DNA of 64,000 bases from Dehalococcoidia bacterium (lineage in GTDB: Bacteria; Chloroflexota; Dehalococcoidia; Lucifugimonadales; UBA3495). The notes beneath the pieces were generated by a model, which was not told where the DNA came from, made no database searches, and was given only the letters and a program-made list of their open reading frames with translations. This document shows positions 57,130 through 64,000 of the stretch, piece after piece (the first letter of the stretch is position 1; each line of letters begins with the position of its first letter). A program made the position numbers and the translations under genes. The stretch spans positions 1,634,228-1,698,227 of the forward strand of contig OZ253548.1 in the NCBI GenBank assembly GCA_965262595.1. Direction: 5' to 3'.

Positions 57130-57219
57130 CTACCTGAAGAACTCCCCAACCAGCTCAATAAACCGCCCCGTCTGCTCCACCTCCGGCCTATGCCCGCAAT
57201 TTTCCAGGCGGACATCAGG
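57130..57219 (-). pseudogene. Orphan 3' fragment (29 codons plus stop) of an alpha/beta-hydrolase paralogue
   Basis: Reads PDVRLENCGHRPEVEQTGRFIELVGEFFR*. This aligns with the C-terminus NSRLEIFDNCGHRPEVEHPERFIELVKGWFA* of the intact gene 57440..58237. It is bounded upstream by the DUF2283 stop codon. Confidence 0.6.
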
Positions 57220-57420
57220 TTACCGCTTCTCAAACTGTAAGTCCGACAAGTCCAAGTTCGAGGAGCGTTTGGAAAGGTAGAGCATCTCCACGCCCACGAC
57301 TTCCTTGGCCTCGTTGTAGTCCAGGATTACGCCGGGCGATACCTCTTCCGTTTGGACGATCGAAGAGTCGTCGAGACGCAGGTAGAGGGCGTCGGCTGAT
57401 TTATCTATGGTCAGTTTCAT
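57220..57420 (-). CDS. DUF2283-domain protein (solitary)
   Basis: ATG 57420 (GGGGAG upstream). MKLTIDKSADALYLRLDDSSIVQTEEVSPGVILDYNEAKEVVGVEML. Confidence 0.7.
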   Translation of the reverse strand: MKLTIDKSADALYLRLDDSSIVQTEEVSPGVILDYNEAKEVVGVEMLYLSKRSSNLDLSDLQFEKR

Positions 57421-57439
57421 AATCTCCCCCAATTCTACC

Positions 57440-58237
57440 CTACGCAAACCACCCCTTTACCAGCTCAATGAACCGCTCCGGGTGTTCCACCTCCGGGCGA
57501 TGGCCGCAGTTGTCGAAGATTTCCAGGCGGGAGTTGGGGATGGAGTCATGGTAGAGCTGTCCGGCGCTCAGGGGGACGATAGGGTCTTCCCGCCCCCACA
57601 CGATCATCGTCGGCAGCCGCTTCAGCCGCGGCAGCAGGTTGGGCAGCGCCGGGTAGTGCATATAGGGCCGCCAACTCAGTCGGCAGGCGCCCTCCCGCGA
57701 CGACTCCCAATTTTCGATTTGTTCCGGCGTCGGCTCGTCGGGGCAGATTTGCTGGTACTCAGCCACCGCTGAAGGGTCCAGCAGGCTGCCGGTGATGTAG
57801 GCCTTGGCCACCACCTGGAAAATATCAAAGATTTCGCCGGTGGGAGGCCGGACTCCGGCGGCGGCGACCAGCGCCAGCTTCTTGAACTGCTGCGGGCACA
57901 TAACCGCCATTTCCGCGGCCAGCCATCCGCCCAGGGAAAAACCCATCACGTCGACGCCTTCCAAGCCCAGGTCATCCAGGGCCCCCAGGTACCAGAAGGC
58001 GAGATCGTGCAGATTCATGACCCAATCCAGCTCCGCAGACTCGCCAAAGCCCGGATGCCAGGGGATATACAGCGTGCGGTTCTGGGCCAGGGCTTCGTGA
58101 TAGCGCAACCAACCGGGATGCCCCATCTCGTCGTGCAGAATCAACAGCGGCTCGCCGGAACCGCCCTTGACCAGCCTAATCTCGCTGCCGGCCACCTCTA
58201 CCACTTCTTCGGTCCAGGTTACGGAACTGGTGGTCAT
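57440..58237 (-). CDS. Alpha/beta hydrolase (meta-cleavage-product-hydrolase-like)
   Basis: ATG 58237 (GAAGGAG upstream). Nucleophile elbow GFSLGG, C-terminal NCGHRPEVEHPE. Confidence 0.85.
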   Translation of the reverse strand: MTTSSVTWTEEVVEVAGSEIRLVKGGSGEPLLILHDEMGHPGWLRYHEALAQNRTLYIPWHPGFGESAELDWVMNLHDLAFWYLGALDDLGLEGVDVMGFSLGGWLAAEMAVMCPQQFKKLALVAAAGVRPPTGEIFDIFQVVAKAYITGSLLDPSAVAEYQQICPDEPTPEQIENWESSREGACRLSWRPYMHYPALPNLLPRLKRLPTMIVWGREDPIVPLSAGQLYHDSIPNSRLEIFDNCGHRPEVEHPERFIELVKGWFA

Positions 58238-58307
58238 GAAAACTCCTTCTGACCGGCGAATGGCGCCGGCGGATAATTGCAAAACTTGGGTTGCGAGGGG
58301 TTATCTA

Positions 58308-58336
58308 ATTGTCAGAGAGGGAGCGTTGGTTGTCAA
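58308..58336 (-). promoter_or_regulatory. Putative sigma-70-type promoter of the hydrolase gene, inside the 3' end of gene C
   Basis: On the minus strand: TTGACA (58336-58331), a 17-nt spacer, then GACAAT (58313-58308). Confidence 0.3.
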
Positions 58337-59118
58337 GGTTGGGGGGTGGAGCGGGGGGCCGCTGTAGGGTTGCGCCAGCGATTGAACTCGGGGGGAAGGA
58401 TTTCCATAAGCTGCTTGGCGGTCATTCCGTAAACGTCGTAGGTCATATATAGTTGGTTCAGAACAGCGAGCAGGCGGACGACTCCACCAGGCGGGCGTTG
58501 ATTCTGACCGCCGGCCAGGACGCCCGACTTCAATTGGCGAGTATGAGGGTCGGCGTAGAGACGGTGGGCCAGGTCCACGATTCCCACCGATCGAAACATC
58601 TCGGGCGCGCCGGCCAGCCGGTCAGCAAGGTGCCCCATGGAGTTTACTGGCTCATCCAGCAGGTACCACGCCGTTTCGCCGTGCCGTGCATAAACCTCCC
58701 ACGACAACATTAGCCGGTGGGCGAAGTAGCGGCGGCTGCCCCTCCCCGTTTCTTCCGGGTCGATGACATAAGCCACGTCGGGGTTGCTGCCCAAGCGGGG
58801 GTTGCCCTGTTGATCCGAGTTTATTACTTCCGTGAAATAGAACATTCCCAACCAGGACCATAGGCCGGCGTTATCGACGATTCTTGCCAGACCTAGCAGG
58901 GCCAATTGTTGGCTCAGGTACTCACCGGCTTCCCGGCGGTTGGTGAAGGGCCGCCGCTGCACGTAAACCGCCGGGGTGATGGGCTGGGCGTAGGGCGATT
59001 CATCCAATATCAAATAAGGGAATGGCGGGTTTTCATCGGCCCGCAACGCCGCTAGATACTCCCTGGCTTGGCGGATTCCCTCCTGGGTCAACTCGGCGAC
59101 GCGGTGGGGTTGTTCCAT
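58333..59118 (-). CDS. Hypothetical protein, gene C of the GHKL operon
   Basis: ATG 59118 overlaps the gene B stop (TGATG). 261 aa with no recognisable motif. Confidence 0.65.
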   Translation of the reverse strand: MEQPHRVAELTQEGIRQAREYLAALRADENPPFPYLILDESPYAQPITPAVYVQRRPFTNRREAGEYLSQQLALLGLARIVDNAGLWSWLGMFYFTEVINSDQQGNPRLGSNPDVAYVIDPEETGRGSRRYFAHRLMLSWEVYARHGETAWYLLDEPVNSMGHLADRLAGAPEMFRSVGIVDLAHRLYADPHTRQLKSGVLAGGQNQRPPGGVVRLLAVLNQLYMTYDVYGMTAKQLMEILPPEFNRWRNPTAAPRSTPQP

Positions 59119-59888
59119 CAGTTCCTCCGGGAGGCGACGAACCTGTCGCTGGCTGGGAAGCGTTCCCGAGTGAATGCGGCGACTGCGTCTTCGATCCAAT
59201 TGGACACCGCTTCCCGGTCTCGATTGCCGTCTCCGTCAACTTCCGGGTAACCATCGCTGAAAAAGCCGCTGACAAACCCCATCCACCGGCCCCAGGAAGT
59301 CTGGTTGTCCGGCTCGGTAGGGTCTATATCTTCGACTAGCAAGGCTCGGCTGAGAATGGACCGTAACACCTCCGGCACCAGGGGCGCCAGAAAGGTGTCG
59401 TTCCGGCTGGCCAAGTTGCTGATTTCCGGGATGTTCCGGTTGACTTGCAAGGTTGGATTTGATCCGTCGCTGTCGGGAAAATCGAGTCGCCAAACCTCCT
59501 GGCCCAAGTCCTTTTCTTCCAGCCAGACCAACGACTCCCGCCGGTTGGCGCGGGTGGGGTGAATCCGGTCGGCCAGAGCCAACAGCTTGCCGGAACCGTC
59601 CGGGGCCAGCGCCGTCAACCGAAAGTGTGGATTGACCGGGACATCCACCAACCGGCGGTCCTCCGGCGGGGTCGGCGCACCAACAGTTCCCCAAGGGAAG
59701 CGCATGGCGGTGCGGTCACGCTGGGCGATAATAACTAAGGGGGCCTCGGATGGCAGGTCCACCTCCGACAAGTCCAATTCGGCAGTGAAGGTTGGCGGGC
59801 CGCCGTTTTGCGGTTCCTGCAACTCAATGGATACCCGCTGAAGTTCGATACGGTGGCGTCCGGTGTAATTAAACCTGCGTACCGGCAT
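59118..59888 (-). CDS. Hypothetical protein, gene B of the GHKL operon
   Basis: ATG 59888 lies 20 nt inside the end of gene A. 256 aa with no recognisable motif. Confidence 0.65.
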   Translation of the reverse strand: MPVRRFNYTGRHRIELQRVSIELQEPQNGGPPTFTAELDLSEVDLPSEAPLVIIAQRDRTAMRFPWGTVGAPTPPEDRRLVDVPVNPHFRLTALAPDGSGKLLALADRIHPTRANRRESLVWLEEKDLGQEVWRLDFPDSDGSNPTLQVNRNIPEISNLASRNDTFLAPLVPEVLRSILSRALLVEDIDPTEPDNQTSWGRWMGFVSGFFSDGYPEVDGDGNRDREAVSNWIEDAVAAFTRERFPASDRFVASRRN

Positions 59889-61870
59889 CGTCTCCCTCTA
59901 CATTGTCCGCTACCGCCTCCACCCGCACGTGAAGGTCGCGCAGCGGGTCAAAGTCGGTCACTGTGAACTCAAACTCATCCGGGTTGTCGATTTCAAGGAA
60001 TACTTCGTTGCCCTCGCGGCCCGGCCTGACCTGACAGCCGCCAAAATGGATAGTTAGGGTATCTCCCCGTCCGTGCAAGCGGAAATCCTCGGGACGATAG
60101 CTTTTCAAGGGGTTGCCTCGGGGAACTGCATAGGCCACTTGTAACTGGGCGCGGGCGGGCGGCTCTTCCACTCCGTTGGCCAAAGTGACCCGAAAACCGG
60201 AGTTGATTTGCGAAACAGCAAAGTCGCGGCGGCGGCGCAATGGAGGGTCAATCCGCTTCTTGTTGTAAATCAGTGACCTCTCCCTCGCTCGGCCTGGGTC
60301 CGGGGGTGCGGTCTCTTCGACGTCCCAAAAGAAAATATCGGAAAATACGTCCTTCTGTAAGCTCTCTTGCGGTGTTTCCAGAATGGACAACATTGTGGCT
60401 GGAGCGTGTCTGACGTCATCTATCCGGCGGCGGGGCGCGACCCAGCGGTCCTGAACCCGGCGGGTTTGTGGTCGCCAGGAAGTGTGGGCTGCCGGCTCGG
60501 AATCACGCAACATGGCCGCCAGCGGGTCTCGTTCATCCACTCTCAGTAATGCCCAAGACCGGTACCGGCTGATGTGGTCCATGTCGGAAATAGACAACGT
60601 GCCTCTCACGTAGTAATCATGCCCGTGGGGTAGCGAGTCATCTCGTTGTAAATACAGCCAAAACTCGGTGGGTTTCCGGGCTTCTTTCTTGCGTTGCGCG
60701 TACCCGCCGATGCGGAAGGCCAGTAATTCCCCGGAGTTGTAGCGGTCCCGCAAGCCAACCACTGTAGCATGGTCGGCGCCGGTAGGGTCATTGCTCGGTA
60801 ATTCGGCCAAGGTAGTATGAGCAGCGTCGGGCATGGCAATGCACTTCCGGCACATTTCAAACAGCTTGGCATAGCTCTGTTCGCTAAGTTCTCCGGCTTC
60901 CTGCAGGTCCAGGCTTTTGACGACGTTATCGATGGTGTTTGCGGTCAGTTCCACGGGCGACGAGCCGTCGCCCTTATCAACGATTATTTCCAACCGGCCG
61001 TCAATTATCGGGTAGAAGTAGTTGCGGACTATGGCAGCCAACAAGCCGGAAGCGCTGATGTTTTCCTCGTCTTCGGCATTGATTCGGGGAAAGGGGATAA
61101 TTACAGACAGACCGGGTTCACCGCGGAGCCGGAGACCAAAGTCGGCAATGCACCGCTCAACGAACGTCCGTTGGTCGGGGTCAGACATTACCAAAGGTAA
61201 TTGCAGTCCGTTATCCCCGGCAACGCCCAAGAAACCGTAGGGCTCGTATCGCTCGTCTCCAATGGTGTGCTTGGTGAGTATAGACTGCCCCATTAGCAGA
61301 GTTTCGTCATCCAAACTGCGCTTGGTAACGGCGATGTAGGCGCTGACCCGCGAAACGTCAGGGAAAACCCACTTGCCCAATCCCCACGACCCGTTGTCCG
61401 ATTCTCCCTTGGGAACGTCCGATGTTGCGGAAAAACCAGAAGAAATGATTTTCATTCCCGGTTTGTCGGTCGGAGTCGTTGTATTGCAGCCAATCTCCGT
61501 TTAGTCCCTTTGTACCGGCGTCCTCAATTACCAGAAAGGGAACACCACCCTCGGCCAGGTTGTTGTTCAAGACTCGCTCAGCAATATCATCGTCCAGATG
61601 CTCGGGGTTGATACGCTCCAGATGCTCGATAAGTCCGGACAAGTAAGGCGCCGCTCTTTCTGATGGTAAAGGAGAATGTATTCCAGCCAGTGAAAAGCGC
61701 ATCCTGATAGGGTCTCGCCTGGACCTATCTACGTCGGCGTCCAAAGAGTTTTGGATGGACTCTCGGGCCAACCTGGTGTTGATGCCTTCGTTGCCGAATA
61801 ACTCCCGCTCCATGGGGTCAAAGTTCATCTCGCCGGGGGCCATAGCGCGAAACCGCCAACGTATTTCCAT
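59869..61870 (-). CDS. GHKL (Bergerat-fold) ATPase-domain protein, gene A; reading frame interrupted once (ORFs 61870->61358 and 61455->59869)
   Basis: The N box ESIQNSLDA and G1 box VIEDAGTKGL are in the first ORF. The G2 box GSWGLGKWVF is in the second. The two ORFs overlap by 98 nt. The remaining ~500 aa are unassigned. Confidence 0.7.
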
Positions 61871-62047
61871 ATAAATACCCCGAAGACATCGTCTCTTCTG
61901 TCACTTATATTGCTGATTACGCGGATATTAGCATCGCGCCCGCGCGGTGTCCAGACCGGCCAGTTAATTAGCAGTTAGAGGCAGTACTGGGCCGGGCCAA
62001 GGCGCGGGATGTCGCCGCGCCGTCATTGTTGACGGCGAGGTTCTATT

Positions 62048-62180
62048 GCAAGACAGGGCGCAAGGTGCAAGACAGGGCGCAAGGTGCAAGACAGGGCGCA
62101 AGGTGCAAGACAGGGCGCAAGGTGCAAGACAGGGCGCAAGGTGCCAGACAGGGCGCAAGGTGCCAGACAGGGCGCACCAG
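62048..62180. repeat. 19-bp tandem repeat, 7 units, upstream of the GHKL operon
   Basis: gcaagacagggcgcaaggt x5 (62048-62142), then gccagacagggcgcaaggt and gccagacagggcgcaccag. Confidence 0.95.
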
Positions 62181-62239
62181 AGGGTTAACCAGGAGGAAGG
62201 GGTGCGGGAGGTCAACACTGGGGAAACCGGCGTCCTGGC

Positions 62240-63421
62240 CTACTGGATTGGCGCCGGTCCCAGTACCCGGTAGCCCTGGTTGGCCTCGGTCCGCTCGGCC
62301 ACCGGCAGAACCTCAGCGACGATGTTGGACAAACCGACCACTTCTCCGTTTTCATCAAATCTGTAGTTAGAGCCGATGCTGCCGCTCCAAGTGATTCCGT
62401 ACAGGCAGTCCCGGAAGCCGTCGGCATCCTGGTCGTCGCCGGTCTGCTTCAAGCACTCGGCCGCGATGTAAACGTCGTCGTAGGCCGAACCCATGTACCA
62501 GGGCAGGGAAATGTAATCGTAGCGGGACTTGAAGTTGGCCAGGACTTCCGCGCTCTTGGGATTGGCCGGGTCCAGCTCCGCGATAATGGCCTTCAGGCCG
62601 GCGGCGGCATCCCCGGCAATTTCCAACGCCGTCGCGCCGATGACCACAATTTCCGAGTAGATTGGCCCTTCGTAACCCAACTCTCTTACCTGTTTGACGA
62701 TGGTGCCGCCGGAGAATTCTCCCTGGGCGGCGACGTGCAGCGCGTCCGGGTCGGCGCTAATTAACTTGGACAATTGGCTGCGAAAGTCGGTTGCCTCGGA
62801 GCTGTATGACCCGGCGGCTACTACCTGTCCGCCCAGTTTCTCGAAGTGATCAACCGAAGTGCGGCGCACTCCCTCGGCGTAGTCAGTGGACTCGGTTATG
62901 GTCGCCAGGGAGCGGATGCCGTCGGCCCAGAGCACGTTGCCAGTGTCGATACCCACCTGCAGATCGTTCATGGCCGTGCGGAAGATATAGTCTCCGGCGT
63001 TGGCGATATCCGGATTGGTGGCCGACCCCGAGAACAGGACCACGCGGTCCTTCTCGGCAAGCGGCGCCGCTTCCAGCATCGCCCCGCTGCACGTGGTGCC
63101 CAGAATAATCTTTACGCCGTCCACGTCGGTCAGCTTTCTGTAGGCGGTGATAGAGTCCTGGGCGCTGCACTTGGAGTCTTCTACGATTAACTCCAAAGGG
63201 CGACCGTTAATACCACCGGCAGCGTTAATCTCCTCGACGGCCATGTTTTTAGCCTGCACCGCCACGTTGCCGTAGGTCTCTCCAAGTCCGGTCAGCGATT
63301 CCATTACACCGATTTTAAAGGCCGTGGCACTCCCGTCCTGTTCTTCAGCGCCCGGGCCGCAGGCCCCAACCAACAAGACCGTCAGCAACATTAAGAAGGG
63401 GACCATCCATTTCATTAACAT
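62240..63421 (-). CDS. Lipoprotein-type ABC substrate-binding protein (branched-chain amino-acid-binding-like)
   Basis: Signal plus lipobox LLVGACG. KIGVMESLTGLGETYG...GGINGRPLELIVEDSKC is typical of LivJ-like binding proteins. Confidence 0.8.
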   Translation of the reverse strand: MLMKWMVPFLMLLTVLLVGACGPGAEEQDGSATAFKIGVMESLTGLGETYGNVAVQAKNMAVEEINAAGGINGRPLELIVEDSKCSAQDSITAYRKLTDVDGVKIILGTTCSGAMLEAAPLAEKDRVVLFSGSATNPDIANAGDYIFRTAMNDLQVGIDTGNVLWADGIRSLATITESTDYAEGVRRTSVDHFEKLGGQVVAAGSYSSEATDFRSQLSKLISADPDALHVAAQGEFSGGTIVKQVRELGYEGPIYSEIVVIGATALEIAGDAAAGLKAIIAELDPANPKSAEVLANFKSRYDYISLPWYMGSAYDDVYIAAECLKQTGDDQDADGFRDCLYGITWSGSIGSNYRFDENGEVVGLSNIVAEVLPVAERTEANQGYRVLGPAPIQ

Positions 63422-63708
63422 TACTCGTACCTCACCGTTTTCTGAAGGGACAAACTTGTCGAATCTCTACCATGTGTCCGGCCTCTTTCCGCCCGATTCC
63501 CTATCCAATTTGGCCTGTTGCAGGGTTAATTGTATATTGACCTTTCCAAAAGTCAACCTGCCCAACCCTTCGGGTCAACCGCCGTTGGATGGCCCGCCAA
63601 GTACCGGGCGGCGGTGGAAGCCTGATGCGCCAATTCCAAGATTATCGGAACGGCGTCAGTCACAACTTTCACTTCTGCTCCGGTTATTCCCAGGTTGGCA
63701 GGAAACCC

Positions 63709-63866
63709 AGGGATACGCTGAATAAGTCATTAAACGCCAGCGCCTTCACCCCGTCGTTCCGGCAAAATCAGGAACCTAAAACGTTGTGAGACGAGGTTCC
63801 TGCCTTCGCAGGAACGACGGGTAGGGTTCAATATCCAGGTCACGGACTTATTCAGAGGTTCCCTGG
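63709..63866. mobile_element. MITE-like element, long copy, flanked by an 8-bp direct repeat
   Basis: Same ends as 21501..21630 (agggatacgctgaataagt ... acttattcagaggttccct), with an expanded central hairpin. GGAAACCC sits immediately on both sides (63701-63708 and 63865-63872). Confidence 0.65.
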
Positions 63867-63909
63867 AAACCCTCGGGGACATAGTCATAGCCAACCTTGA
63901 TTTCAGCTT

Positions 63910-64000
63910 GCATGGACGAATTGAAGTCCACCCCTACTCCCGCCTCGGATACGGCTTCCGCCCGCTATAACCCGGAAGTGATTGACCGGCGCTGGGCGCA
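63910..64000 (+). CDS. Start of a class Ia aminoacyl-tRNA synthetase (LeuRS/ValRS-type N-terminus); 3' end outside the window
   Basis: MDELKSTPTPASDTASARYNPEVIDRRWA. The Y-N-P-x-x-I-(D/E)-x-x-W pattern occurs at the N-terminus of LeuRS/ValRS. Only 30 codons are visible. Confidence 0.4.

Noticed and set aside
57052-57240. ORF 56923..57240 (+), 105 aa, spanning the mod start and the hydrolase fragment.
   Set aside because: It is antisense to mod and to the hydrolase remnant. The minus-strand reading gives recognisable homology, whereas this frame does not.
52266-58343. The GGTTGNCAAGGTTGGG direct repeats read as att sites delimiting an integrated element (res to hydrolase).
   Set aside because: Each copy supplies a well-spaced -35/-10 pair for the adjacent minus-strand gene. 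The bracketed block has no integrase, and it would include a hydrolase gene that looks native. The promoter reading is simpler. It is kept as a low-interest finding.
62048-62180. Whether the 19-bp array, or the 15-bp array at 26843, could be a CRISPR array.
   Set aside because: The units are directly adjacent with no spacers, the units are too short, and there are no cas genes in the window.
61964-62370. ORFs 62026..62370 (+), 62046..62273 (+) and 61964..62218 (-), which have repetitive translations.
   Set aside because: They are read straight through the 19-bp tandem array in several frames and on both strands. They are repeat artefacts, not genes.

Overview
This is a high-GC bacterial chromosomal window of about 60 genes. 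No rRNA, CRISPR array, integrase or transposase was seen. All family calls come from motif recognition by eye; no searches were run.

Most of the window is core and metabolic:
- CoA-transferases (family III), LLM/F420-type oxidoreductases, alpha/beta hydrolases, an amidohydrolase, a GMC oxidoreductase and an HpcH aldolase.
- pheS-pheT, moeA and infC-rpmI-rplT.
- Two two-component systems.
- A binding-protein / histidine-kinase / RsbU-RsbW-RsbV-type partner-switching cluster.
- One tRNA-Met(CAT).

This gene mix resembles Chloroflexota-like genomes, but that is inference only.

The accessory part of most interest is a roughly 10 kb island at 52.4-62.2 kb. It contains:
- a Type III R-M operon with a hicB-hicA pair wedged between mod and res;
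- a solitary DUF2283 gene next to an orphan 3' fragment of a hydrolase gene;
- a tightly overlapping three-gene operon led by a GHKL (Bergerat-fold) ATPase, with two partners I cannot assign. It is preceded by seven copies of a 19-bp tandem repeat. I flag this operon as the best candidate for an undescribed (defence-type) system.

A second three-gene insert at 5.7-8.3 kb sits between two CoA-transferase paralogues. It encodes a coiled-coil tail-anchored protein, an Mrr-like nuclease-fold protein and an NTase-HEPN fusion.

Other points: a MITE-like repeat family in three copies, a methyltransferase 5' fragment bracketed by a perfect 24-bp inverted repeat, an AUA-initiated infC, and four apparent frameshifts. 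The frameshifts could be assembly indels.
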